A stretch of DNA of 64,000 nucleotides, taken from assembly GCA_965140785.1 (NCBI GenBank), contig OZ223475.1:1-64000 (forward strand). The letters run 5' to 3'. Source of the DNA: an uncultured Ruficoccus sp. (GTDB taxonomy: Bacteria > Verrucomicrobiota > Verrucomicrobiia > Opitutales > Cerasicoccaceae). Below the pieces are notes generated by a model, which did no database searches, was not told the DNA's origin, and saw nothing but the letters and a program-made list of their open reading frames with translations. Numbering within the stretch: position 1 is the first letter of the stretch; every line of letters begins with the position of its first letter. Both the position numbers and the translations under genes were made by a program. Below, one piece after another: positions 1-11,332 of the stretch.

Positions 1-597
1 CACGACAAAAAGCTGGCCGGGGAAATCCTGGAGGCGGGCGTCGGGCTGGTTATTGTCGTGAACAAGTGGGACTACGCCCGCGAGGCTTTCCGCCGCGACC
101 CGCCCAAGGGCTACGAGACCGAGTCGGACTTCCGCAAGGGCTTCATGGAGGCCGTGCGCAAAGAGCTGTTCTTCCTGCCGGATTCGCCCGTCATTTTTAC
201 CTCCGCGCTGGAGAACTTCCACGTCGAGGACATCCTCAAGGAGGCCGCGCGCGTCCACAAGACCCTCGCCCGCGAGCTGCCCACCGGTCCCATGAACCGC
301 CTGATCAAGGCGATGATCGAGAAAAAGCCGCCCAAGCTCGTCAACGGCAAGCGCTTTAAGATTTACTACGCGGTGCAGACGGGCCGCTGGCCCTTCCGCA
401 TCCGGCTTTTCTGCAACTCCGAGCAGCGTTTCGATGACAATTATCGCCGCTACCTCGAGACGGGTTTCCAGAAGGAGTTCAAGCTCAGCGGCTGCCCGCT
501 GCGTTTCGACCTCGTCGGCAAGCCCTCCAAATCCCGCGAACTCACCATCACCGAGTACCGCAAGAAAGGGCAGCGCAAGAAGCCGCGGCGAAAGTAG
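1..597 (+). CDS. der: Ribosome biogenesis GTPase Der/EngA, C-terminal part (5' end outside window)
   Basis: Frame is open from base 1 (HDKKLAGEILEAGVGLVIVVNKWD); G4 motif NKWD, FTSAL, and KH-like tail 'KIYYAVQTGRWP...NYRRYLE...F.LSGCPLR'. Confidence 0.93.
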   Translation, partial: HDKKLAGEILEAGVGLVIVVNKWDYAREAFRRDPPKGYETESDFRKGFMEAVRKELFFLPDSPVIFTSALENFHVEDILKEAARVHKTLARELPTGPMNRLIKAMIEKKPPKLVNGKRFKIYYAVQTGRWPFRIRLFCNSEQRFDDNYRRYLETGFQKEFKLSGCPLRFDLVGKPSKSRELTITEYRKKGQRKKPRRK

Positions 598-783
598 GGG
601 AGCTTTTTAACAGGAAGGCCGGGAAGAACGGGGATGTCAGCCATTGGCAATATTGCCCGCTCTTTCCGGCCTTCCTGCTAAAAGTATTCTTATTGAATAG
701 CGTGCCAACATGGCTGTTATTCTAAACGGGTAGTCCGTACAGAATCCCCTTTCCGCTTGGCTTTCGAAAGGCCGTGCGCTTCG

Positions 784-2906
<2,123 letters not shown>

Positions 2907-2941
2907 AGAGGGCAATCCTCATTGCGGAGTTCGGCTGGATT

Positions 2942-3040
2942 TACGCAACCCTTTCAGGGTTGAGGAGGTTGTATGTCTCCTTATCCCCGGGTAGCGAGGC
3001 AACCCAGGGCTATTCTGTGCAACCCCGTTGGGGTTGTCGG
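2942..3040. repeat. REP-like palindromic element (caaccc-N-ggggttg family)
   Basis: Hairpins caaccctttcagggttg and caaccccgttggggttg flank ccccgggtagcgaggcaacccaggg in the recQ-fmt gap. Confidence 0.65.
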
Positions 3041-3129
3041 GGAGTTTGGATACACTGCAGAGGGGGCGCGCCCTGCGGATAAAAAATTCTCTGCTTTCCT
3101 CGCCGGGTTCATGTTTCTATAACTGGAAA

Positions 3130-4116
3130 ATGTCCTCCTTACCCCGAGTCGCTTTTATGGGTTCCGACGCCATCGCCGTGCCGGTGCTGCGTTACCTGGC
3201 CACTGAGGCCGCGGACAAGGTCGAGGTAGCGGGGGTGTTCAGTCAGCCGGACCGCCCGAAGGGCAGGGGGAAGAAACTCCAGCCCAACCCGCTGGCCGCC
3301 GCCGCGCAGGAGCTGGGGCTTTCGCTGCTCCAGCCGGAGAAGCCCGGTGCGACCGAGGCCGAGTGGCTGGAGGCGCAGGGCGTGCGTCTGGTTTTCGTCA
3401 TGGCCTACGGGCACATTTTGCGCAAGCGCCTGCTGGCCGCGCCCGCGCTGGGCTATGTCAATTTCCACGCCTCGCTCCTGCCGAAGTACCGCGGCGCCTC
3501 GCCGGTCGAAACGGCGGTGGCTTGCGGGGAGCCCGAGACGGGCGTTACCCTGATGCGCATCGTCCCGAAGATGGACGCCGGGCCCGTGCTCGATGCCGAG
3601 TCGGTCGCGATCGAACCCCTCGACACCGGCGCCTCCGTCCGCGAGAAACTGTCCGCCGTCACCGTGCCGCTGCTCGCCCGCAACCTGGACGTTCTTTTGT
3701 CCGGCCAGGCGGATTTCAACGAGCAGGACGCGGGCGCCGCGACCTATTGCCGCAAGCTGGAAAAGGCCGACGGGCAGCTCGATTTCTCCGCCCCCGCACA
3801 CGCGCTGGCCGCTCGTATCAACGGACTCGATCCGTGGCCGGGCTGCTTCTGCGAGGTGCGGCAAACGCGCCTGAAACTGCGCCAGGCCCTCGCGCTCGGG
3901 AACGCCTTTTCGCCGGAAGGCGCCGCTCCCGGCACGGTCATCGAGGCGGGCAGGGAAGGGGTCGATGTCGCCACTGGCCAGGGGGTGCTGCGGATCACGG
4001 AGCTTCAGCGCCCCGGCGGCAAGATGCTCCCGGCACGTGACTTCCTCAGCGGCTTCGACCTGCCCGAGGGCACCGTCCTGGAGGGCGGCGAGATGCTCCG
4101 GCTGGAGCAGTCATGA
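3130..4116 (+). CDS. fmt: Methionyl-tRNA formyltransferase
   Basis: FMGS, SQPDRPKGRGKKL, NFHASLLPKYRGASP, MDAGP, PWPG and LQRPGGK motifs. Confidence 0.96.
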   Translation: MSSLPRVAFMGSDAIAVPVLRYLATEAADKVEVAGVFSQPDRPKGRGKKLQPNPLAAAAQELGLSLLQPEKPGATEAEWLEAQGVRLVFVMAYGHILRKRLLAAPALGYVNFHASLLPKYRGASPVETAVACGEPETGVTLMRIVPKMDAGPVLDAESVAIEPLDTGASVREKLSAVTVPLLARNLDVLLSGQADFNEQDAGAATYCRKLEKADGQLDFSAPAHALAARINGLDPWPGCFCEVRQTRLKLRQALALGNAFSPEGAAPGTVIEAGREGVDVATGQGVLRITELQRPGGKMLPARDFLSGFDLPEGTVLEGGEMLRLEQS

Positions 4117-4155
4117 GGGGCTTCGCCCCTACGCCACCAGAAAGACGGCTACCCC
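4114..4155. repeat. Short REP-like hairpin repeat (second copy at 44391-44432)
   Basis: tgaggggcttcgcccctacgccaccagaaagacggctac resembles tgagggggacaagcccccctacgccgccaaaaggcgactac. Confidence 0.55.
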
Positions 4156-4259
4156 GGGTTAGGCTGTGTCTGCCGGGAAAAACCGCGAACCGCGCCTCGG
4201 GCAAGCTGTCGATAACGGAAGCTTGCCAAAGAAAACGGACGGCTTAAGGTGGAATTTTT

Positions 4260-4847
4260 ATGATGAAAAGTGTTCTGACGGGATGCCTTGTGTGGCTGGT
4301 CGCGATCCCCGCGCTGATGGGCCAGACGCGCGTTACCCTGGCCGATGTGTATCAGCAGGTGGAGCAGTTGCGGGCCCAGGTCGGGCGTCTGCGGCTGGAC
4401 ATGGAGGCGCTCCAGCGCGAGAACGACAATCTTCGCAAGGCCCTGGAGGCTCAGTCCAAGCAGCAGTCTTCACTCGTGAGCCAGTACAACCAGCTCACCG
4501 CCCAGGTGAACAGCCAGCTCGGTATGATTCCAGAGCGGGAGAACGCGCTGAAGAAGGAAATCTTCGCGGAAATGACCCGCCAGATGAAGGACCTGGCCGC
4601 ACAGACCCAGAGCGGGTTTGACCAGTTGACGAAGGCCCGCAGCTACAGCCAGCAGAGCCAGACCACGACCTTTGACCAGGACTATCCGCAGACCGGCGTT
4701 TCCTACGTCGTTAAACCCGGTGACAGTCTTTCGAAAATCGCCCGCGAGAACAATTCCACCATCCGCGACATCCAGAACGCGAACCAGATCAGCGACCCCC
4801 GGGACTTGCGGGCGGGGGAAACCATTTTCGTGCCTCAGCGCAACTAA
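4260..4847 (+). CDS. Secreted coiled-coil protein with C-terminal LysM domain
   Basis: Signal peptide, long Q/L heptads, LysM 'YVVKPGDSLSKIAREN...IQNANQI...LRAGETIFVP'. Confidence 0.9.
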   Translation: MMKSVLTGCLVWLVAIPALMGQTRVTLADVYQQVEQLRAQVGRLRLDMEALQRENDNLRKALEAQSKQQSSLVSQYNQLTAQVNSQLGMIPERENALKKEIFAEMTRQMKDLAAQTQSGFDQLTKARSYSQQSQTTTFDQDYPQTGVSYVVKPGDSLSKIARENNSTIRDIQNANQISDPRDLRAGETIFVPQRN

Positions 4848-4852
4848 TCCCC

Positions 4853-5863
4853 ATGGCCCAAGCGAAAAAACGACTCGGTCGCGGTCTCGGCAATTTGATT
4901 GCCGGCGGCGTGGCTAAAAAGGAAGCATCCGCGCCTGCCCCGGCTCCCAAAAAGTCCAAGGGCAGCAAAAAGGAGAAGAGCAGCGTCAAGCCGATCAAGC
5001 GCGCCGCCCCTAAGCCGGCCCCGAAACCGGTTGAGGAGGTGGCCGCCACTCCGCCGCCGCCGGTGCCGGGCGGCCAGTACCGCGAGATCGATGTCGCCGC
5101 CATCGAGCCCAGCCCCTACCAGCCCCGGCGCAGCATGAATGCCGAGCCGGTCAAGGAACTGGCCGAGAGCATCCGCTCCGAGGGGCTGCTCCAGCCCATC
5201 GTCGTGCGCGTGCGCGGGGAAAAATTTGAACTGATCGCGGGGGAACGCCGTTGGCGCGCTCACCTGCACCTGGGGCTGAAAAAAATAGCCGCCCGCATCA
5301 TGGAGGCTTCGGACAGCTCCTCGGCGGTCATTTCGCTGATCGAGAATGTCCAGCGCGAGGGCTTGAACGCGATTGAAGAGGCGCTCGCCTACGCCAGCCT
5401 GATGGGCGACTTCGACCTGACCCAGGAGGCCGTGGCCGAGCGGGTGGGGAAGGGCCGCGCCACCATCGCCAACGCCCTGCGCCTGCTCCAGCTCGACCGC
5501 GAGATCCAGGGCTACGTGGCCAAGGGCATGCTCTCGGCCGGGCACGCCAAGGTCCTGCTCGGGCTCGAAGACCCCGCCCAGCGCCTCCTGCTGGCCCGCC
5601 GAATTATCGAGAGCGGCATGAGCGTGCGCGAGGCCGAGCGCCATGTGCAGCGTCTCAAGAGTGACTCCGGGAAAACACATCTTTCGCACCGGAACACCTC
5701 TGAGGCGGCGGATACCGTCGTGCGCGACCTGGAGAAACAGATCGCCACCCGCCTCAACACCAAGGTCCACCTCAAGCACACCCCGAAAAAGGGTCGCCTC
5801 ATTATCGAGTACTACGGGAACGAGGATTTGCAGCGGATTCTGGAAAAAACCGGCTTGCAGTAG
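4853..5863 (+). CDS. parB: ParB/Spo0J chromosome partitioning protein
   Basis: LGRGLGNLI N-terminal peptide, PYQPR, GLLQPIVV, IAGERRWRA, LIENVQREGL, HTH 'TQEAVAERVGKGRATIANALRLL'. Confidence 0.95.
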   Translation: MAQAKKRLGRGLGNLIAGGVAKKEASAPAPAPKKSKGSKKEKSSVKPIKRAAPKPAPKPVEEVAATPPPPVPGGQYREIDVAAIEPSPYQPRRSMNAEPVKELAESIRSEGLLQPIVVRVRGEKFELIAGERRWRAHLHLGLKKIAARIMEASDSSSAVISLIENVQREGLNAIEEALAYASLMGDFDLTQEAVAERVGKGRATIANALRLLQLDREIQGYVAKGMLSAGHAKVLLGLEDPAQRLLLARRIIESGMSVREAERHVQRLKSDSGKTHLSHRNTSEAADTVVRDLEKQIATRLNTKVHLKHTPKKGRLIIEYYGNEDLQRILEKTGLQ

Positions 5864-5986
5864 GCCCTGCCCGGCAGACGGATACGCCAGGCCGGGCGGG
5901 GGATTAAATCCGTCCGGTGCGGTTTCGGCTTGAACCGGCGGGAACTTTTCCTCATTTTCGGCCTCTTTTTTAGATAAAGTCATTCC

Positions 5987-6526
5987 ATGAGCGGTTTAAT
6001 CCTAGGTTTCTTTACAGTCGTCCTGATCCTTATCTGCGGCTTCATTACCCTGATCGTCCTGATGCAGCGCGCCAGTGCCAACTCCGGTATGGGCGCGGCC
6101 CTCGGCGGCGGCGCGGCGGAGTCCGCCCTCGGCGGCGGGGCCAGCAATGTGCTGGTCAAGGGCACGATCATCGGCGCGGCTCTGTTTTTCATCCTCTCTT
6201 TCGGCCTGTACCTCGGGTATATGGCCAACTACGACGCCGCGCAGCTCCAGAAGGGGGCCGCGTTGCCCGGCATGAGCGAAATGGAGGCCGATTCCTCGAA
6301 GGAAGCCCTGCCGGACCTGACCGACGTTCCCACCTCCACCTCGGGCAGCGGGACCTCTTCGGTCGAAGTGACCGAGCCGTCCGCGACCGCCCCGGAGGCC
6401 GATGCTCCCGCCACCGGCGAACAGGCCACCGCGCCTGCTTCCGAGCAGACGAGCGCTCCGGCTGCTTCGAAGACGGACAGCCCCGCGACGACTCCCGCCC
6501 CTGAGCAAGCCCCGGCCTCGAAGTAA
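5987..6526 (+). CDS. secG: Preprotein translocase subunit SecG with long Ala/Thr/Pro tail
   Basis: TM-'VLMQR...GMGAALGGG...ALGGG...NVLVKGT'-TM pattern. Confidence 0.88.
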   Translation: MSGLILGFFTVVLILICGFITLIVLMQRASANSGMGAALGGGAAESALGGGASNVLVKGTIIGAALFFILSFGLYLGYMANYDAAQLQKGAALPGMSEMEADSSKEALPDLTDVPTSTSGSGTSSVEVTEPSATAPEADAPATGEQATAPASEQTSAPAASKTDSPATTPAPEQAPASK

Positions 6527-6528
6527 GC

Positions 6529-7422
6529 ATGAGGACCGGCTGCGCAAAGCGTTTGTCCTGGCGGTGGCTTGTTGCCGCGTTCAGTTTCTTTTTAGTTTTC
6601 GGCACGGTCCACGCCCAGGCGGGCAAGCCCGGTGCCCGTGGTCGCGAGTCGATGGAGGTGGCGCCGCTCTCACAGGAGGAGGGGCGTGAGCAGTTGGAGG
6701 CCTTCCGTCGCCAACGGCTGAGCGGCGACTATGTTTTTCGCTTTGAGCTGGTGCACTATCCCCGGCGCGGTCCCAAGATCAGCTACGAGGGCTACCTGTG
6801 GGGGACGTGGAACCGCGAAGGTCCCCGCAGCCGCATTATCATCTGGAAGGACAACCAGACTGGCCAACCCGCCGTGGACATGATCGTGCAGAACGGCCAC
6901 AGCCCGAAAGTCTGGGTGGCGGGCGAAAACGGTCGCGCCGTCGAAATGTCCAAGGACAAGATGCGCGACCCCGTACTCGAAGGCATTGTCTTCACGCCCT
7001 TCGATCTGTTGATGCCTTTTATCTATTGGGACAACTTTGAGTACGGCGGCAGCGAGCGGCGCTCGGGTCGCCCCCACGATACCTTTAACATGCTCCCGCC
7101 TCCGGGCTGGGAAAAGAACGCCCCGGATCTCCAGAGCGTGGCCATCACGCTTGACCGCAATTTCCGCGCCTTGAATAAAATCGAGGAGATCGATCAGCAG
7201 GGCGAAGCGATGCGGACCTTCAAGGTTGTCAGCTACAAGGAAGTGGATGACCAGTACATCGTGAAGGAGATCGACCTGGTCGATGACAAGACGCACGACA
7301 AGACGCGCTTCGCCGTCGTGGCCGCAGCGGTGGATGTGGACTTACCCGCTTCGACTTTTGATCCGCGCGCGATTGGGGTGGGCTTGCCGCCGGTGCGCGG
7401 CCTGCCTTTCAAGGGCATCTGA
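6529..7422 (+). CDS. Outer-membrane lipoprotein-sorting (LolA-like) protein
   Basis: Signal peptide; 'FTPFDL', 'KEVDDQYIVKEIDL', 'DLPASTF' resemble the LolA-like family. Confidence 0.65.
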   Translation: MRTGCAKRLSWRWLVAAFSFFLVFGTVHAQAGKPGARGRESMEVAPLSQEEGREQLEAFRRQRLSGDYVFRFELVHYPRRGPKISYEGYLWGTWNREGPRSRIIIWKDNQTGQPAVDMIVQNGHSPKVWVAGENGRAVEMSKDKMRDPVLEGIVFTPFDLLMPFIYWDNFEYGGSERRSGRPHDTFNMLPPPGWEKNAPDLQSVAITLDRNFRALNKIEEIDQQGEAMRTFKVVSYKEVDDQYIVKEIDLVDDKTHDKTRFAVVAAAVDVDLPASTFDPRAIGVGLPPVRGLPFKGI

Positions 7423-7821
7423 GTTTAGTCAGGTATATCGTCCGGCGCATGTTTAAAAAACGGTGCCGTTAATTGAAGCGGGATGACCAGCCGGCATCGG
7501 CTTGTTGGAGCAGCAGGCAGGCTGCGTTATCACCAAAGCATCACTTCTGTAAAACTCATGGATGCTGCATGCGTGCCACTCAGTGGTGGAGTACGCTTTA
7601 CGGTATGGCTGAGTGGATGCAGTGGCTGCGAAGGGGAGGGCGTGTCAAGGGCTGGTGTATTGAAATCCCATGACGCCCGCGATGAGGTGCTGAATAGCTT
7701 CGTTTAAGCTGCGTTTTTATCTTTCGGTTAAATGAAGATTTTTATTGCCTGTTATGGTCACACTGATTTAGAGATGACTTTGTCGTCGTTAGGGCATACC
7801 AACGATTGACACCAAAAAATT

Positions 7822-8529
7822 ATGACGGCAACGCACAAACAAAAGACGTTCCCGATAACTTTCGACATCAGTCAGGAACAGTTCCGCCAGCTGCAAAAGC
7901 TCAAGCGGGAGTATGGGCTGGCATCGATTAGCGAACTGGTACGTCTGGCAGTATCGCGCTTTAACTTTGCCAAGGTCCCCTCGTCGGCACAGGAGCATCA
8001 ACAGATCTCGGTGCGTCTCGGGGAGGAGGACAAGGCTGTTTTAAGTACGACTTCTAAGGCTAGGAATATCAGCGTGGGAGGATTGCTCCGCTCTGCTTTG
8101 GACGAGCTTTTCTCCAATCTTCCCAATAAGGATACCATCCAAACCCAAACTAGAACGAACATGCCTACAAAAAAAACAGCCAAGAAAAAGACGGTGAAAA
8201 AAGCCGTCAAAAAAGCGCCGTCCAAAAAGGTCGCCAGAAAAGCCGTGGCCAAGAAGGTAGCTAAAAAGGCCGTGAAAAAGGTCGCCGCCAAGAAGGTCGC
8301 CAAGAAGAAGGTCGCCAAGAAGAAGGTCGCCGCCAAGAAAAAGGTCGTTGCCAAGAAGGCCGTCAAGAAAGTGGCGAAGAAGAAGGTTGCCAAGAAGGCA
8401 GTCAAAAAGGCCCCGGCCAAGAAGAAGGTCGCCAAGAAGGCCGTGAAGAAAGTCGCGACGAAGAAGAAGGTCGCGAAAAAGGCCGTGAAGAAAGTCGCCA
8501 AGAAAAAGGCCGCCAAGAAAAAGAAGTAA
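7822..8529 (+). CDS. Tandem ribbon-helix-helix (CopG-like) domains fused to a histone H1-like Lys/Ala/Val repeat tail
   Basis: Two RHH-like units (PITFDI...SISELVRLAV; QISVRL...SVGGLLRSALD), then ~120 aa of KKVAKK/KKAVKK repeats from Met at 8161. Confidence 0.8.
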   Translation: MTATHKQKTFPITFDISQEQFRQLQKLKREYGLASISELVRLAVSRFNFAKVPSSAQEHQQISVRLGEEDKAVLSTTSKARNISVGGLLRSALDELFSNLPNKDTIQTQTRTNMPTKKTAKKKTVKKAVKKAPSKKVARKAVAKKVAKKAVKKVAAKKVAKKKVAKKKVAAKKKVVAKKAVKKVAKKKVAKKAVKKAPAKKKVAKKAVKKVATKKKVAKKAVKKVAKKKAAKKKK

Positions 8530-8666
8530 CTTTGGACGCCTGACGGATGCACAGAGCCGGTCTTCGTGACCGGATGTGTGCGGCACTGCCAAAAAAGGGG
8601 TTGCTTTGCGCTGGCATTTAGCAACCATCGCTGGTCATCGCTATATAACCAGCGTATTTTAAGGCA

Positions 8667-9848
8667 ATGTCACAAGATCGTTTATCCGTCTGGGCCAAAG
8701 GCATCTCCCCGTCCCCCACGCTTGCCGTCGATGCGAAGGCGAAAGCCCTCAAGGCCGAAGGTAAAGATGTTTGCGGGTTTGGAGCCGGCGAGCCTGATTT
8801 CGATACGCCCGATTTTATCAAGGAGGCGTGCGTGGAAGCTTTGCGCGCGGGGCAGACTAAGTACTGCCCCGCCGCCGGTCTTCCGGCGCTGAAGCAGGCC
8901 TTGGCCGAAAAGTATCGGCTGGATAACAACCTGGAGGTCGATCCGGCCCAGATTGTTGTCAGCCCCGGTGGCAAGTACTCTTGCTACCTGGCCATTCTGG
9001 CTACCTGTGGACCGGGTGACGAGGTCGTCATCCCTGCCCCGTACTGGGTCAGCTACCCGGAAATGGTCAAGCTGGCCGGTGCCACGCCGGTGATGATCAG
9101 CGCCGGTGAGGACGCGGATTTCAAGATCACCCCCGACCAACTGCGCGCGGCGATCACACCGAAGACGAAGCTGGTCATCCTCAACAGTCCCTCGAACCCG
9201 ACGGGCACCGTTTACACGCCTCAGGAGATCGAGGCGCTGGTCGAGGTTTGCCTCAGCGCCGGCGTGCTCATCATGTCGGACGAAATCTACGAGTATCTGC
9301 TCTACGACGGCGTTACGCACCTGAGCCCGGCCTCGCTGAGCAAGGAAGCGGCCGAGGCCACCATCACGGTGGGCGGTTTCTCCAAGACTTTTTCCATGAC
9401 CGGCTGGCGACTGGGTACGCTGGTAGCGGCTCCCGCTATAGCCAAGGCCGTGGGCAGCCTGCAGAGCCAGACCTCCTCGAACGCTACCACCTTTGCTCAG
9501 TTCGGCGCGCTGGCCGCGCTGAAGCAGCGCGAGCAGGCCAAGTCCGCCGTGGCGCAGATGCTGAAAGTCTTCGACGGACGCCGCCGCAAGCTACTCGACG
9601 GTCTCAACGCCATCGAGGGCATCAACTGCCGCCGCGCCCAGGGCGCGTTTTATCTTTTCCCTTCCATGTCCAGTTTCGGGCTTAGCTCGACCGACTTCGC
9701 CGCCAAGCTCCTGGAGCAGGAGCTGGTCGCGGTCGTGCCGGGCGTGGCCTTCGGCGCAGACGAGTGTATGCGTCTGAGCTATGCGACCTCCGACGAGGTC
9801 ATTGACAAAGGGCTTGAACGGCTGGCGCGCTTCTGCCAGCAACTCTAA
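8667..9848 (+). CDS. aspC: PLP-dependent class I aminotransferase (aspartate aminotransferase)
   Basis: [60 protein letters not shown]. Confidence 0.93.
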   Translation: MSQDRLSVWAKGISPSPTLAVDAKAKALKAEGKDVCGFGAGEPDFDTPDFIKEACVEALRAGQTKYCPAAGLPALKQALAEKYRLDNNLEVDPAQIVVSPGGKYSCYLAILATCGPGDEVVIPAPYWVSYPEMVKLAGATPVMISAGEDADFKITPDQLRAAITPKTKLVILNSPSNPTGTVYTPQEIEALVEVCLSAGVLIMSDEIYEYLLYDGVTHLSPASLSKEAAEATITVGGFSKTFSMTGWRLGTLVAAPAIAKAVGSLQSQTSSNATTFAQFGALAALKQREQAKSAVAQMLKVFDGRRRKLLDGLNAIEGINCRRAQGAFYLFPSMSSFGLSSTDFAAKLLEQELVAVVPGVAFGADECMRLSYATSDEVIDKGLERLARFCQQL

Positions 9849-9854
9849 TCTATC

Positions 9855-11087
9855 ATGAGCGAAAAAATCACCATCGATAACGGCAATCTCATCGTGCCGG
9901 ACAATCCCGTCATCCCCTTCATCGAAGGCGACGGCACGGGGCCGGACATCTGGAACGCTTCGGTGCGCGTCTTTGACGCCGCCGTCGAAAAAGCCTACGG
10001 CGGCTCTCGCAAGATCGAGTGGCTGGAGGTCATGGCCGGGGAGAAATCTTTCAACCAAACCGGTGACTGGCTGCCGCAAGCCACCCTCGACGCCTTCAAG
10101 GATTACCTCGTCGGCATCAAGGGTCCGCTGACCACGCCGGTCGGCGGCGGCATCCGCTCGCTTAACGTGGCGCTGCGCCAGATCCTCGACCTGTACGTGT
10201 GCCTGCGTCCGGTCCGCTGGTTCGAGGGCGTGCCCAGCCCGGTCAAGCGCCCGGAACTGACCGACATGGTCATCTTCCGCGAAAACTCTGAGGACATTTA
10301 CGCCGGGATCGAGTTCGAGAACGGCACCGAGGAGTGCGCCAAGCTCAAGAGCATGCTCAAGGATCACTTCCCGGATCTGTTCAGCAAGGTGCGCTTCCCC
10401 GATACGGCGGGCATCGGCATCAAGCCGGTCTCGCAGGAGGGTACGTACCGTCTGGTCAGGGCCGCGATCCAGTACGCGATCGACGAGGAGCGCGACTCTG
10501 TCACGCTCGTGCACAAGGGCAACATCATGAAGTTCACCGAAGGCGCCTTCCGTGACTGGGGTTACCAGTGCGCGAAGGAAGAGTTCGGCGCGACCGAGCT
10601 CGACGGTGGCCCCTGGTGCACCTTCAAGTCCCCGAAGACGGGCAAGGAGATCATCATCAAGGACGTCATCGCCGACGCCATGCTCCAGCAGATCCTGACC
10701 CGCCCGGCCGAGTACGAAGTTCTCGCCACGCTCAACCTGAACGGCGACTACATCTCCGACGCGCTCGCGGCCTGCGTGGGCGGCATCGGCATCGCCCCCG
10801 GCGGCAACATCAACTACGACACCGGCCACGCCATCTTTGAGGCGACCCACGGCACCGCCCCCAAGTACGCGGGCAAGGACCAGGTCAACCCCGGTTCGGT
10901 CATCCTCTCGGGTGAAATGATGCTGCGCCACCTCGGCTGGACCGAAGCGGCGGACCTCATCATCAAGGGTGTCAACGGCGCCATCAGCAAGAAGACCGTG
11001 ACCTACGACTTCGAGCGTCAGATGGAAGGTGCCAAGCTGCTGAAGTGCTCCGAGTTCGGTGACGCCGTCGTCGCCAATATGGACTAA
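9855..11087 (+). CDS. icd: NADP-dependent isocitrate dehydrogenase
   Basis: [55 protein letters not shown]. Confidence 0.98.
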   Translation: MSEKITIDNGNLIVPDNPVIPFIEGDGTGPDIWNASVRVFDAAVEKAYGGSRKIEWLEVMAGEKSFNQTGDWLPQATLDAFKDYLVGIKGPLTTPVGGGIRSLNVALRQILDLYVCLRPVRWFEGVPSPVKRPELTDMVIFRENSEDIYAGIEFENGTEECAKLKSMLKDHFPDLFSKVRFPDTAGIGIKPVSQEGTYRLVRAAIQYAIDEERDSVTLVHKGNIMKFTEGAFRDWGYQCAKEEFGATELDGGPWCTFKSPKTGKEIIIKDVIADAMLQQILTRPAEYEVLATLNLNGDYISDALAACVGGIGIAPGGNINYDTGHAIFEATHGTAPKYAGKDQVNPGSVILSGEMMLRHLGWTEAADLIIKGVNGAISKKTVTYDFERQMEGAKLLKCSEFGDAVVANMD

Positions 11088-11113
11088 GCGCCCCGCGCAA
11101 TCACTTCTTTACC

Positions 11114-11146
11114 AAGCCAGCCGGTCGTGACCGGCTGGCTTTTTTT
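11114..11146 (+). terminator. Rho-independent terminator after icd
   Basis: aagccagccggtc-gt-gaccggctggctt followed by a T tract. Confidence 0.9.
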
Positions 11147-11332
11147 GGGGGGATTTCAATGAGCCCGAATGTTACAATTGCGGGGGGTGAGGCCGATTTC
11201 GCTTTATGTCACGCATGGGTTACGGGATAATAGCATTTCTGTCGCGGAGCCACCGGCTCCTCCCTCATTCTTAAGCCGTTTTATTCGAGACCGCATCGCT
11301 GCTTTTTTTGTCCAACCTGTGCTTCTCACCGC

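Noticed and set aside
8161..8529. CRISPR array or tandem DNA repeat
   Set aside because: The repeats are codon-level (aagaaggtcgcc) with no unique spacers; no CRISPR array or cas gene was seen anywhere in the window.
7998..8628. Long Phe/Leu/Ala-rich antisense ORFs resembling membrane proteins
   Set aside because: They are the reverse-strand shadow of the Lys/Ala/Val repeat.
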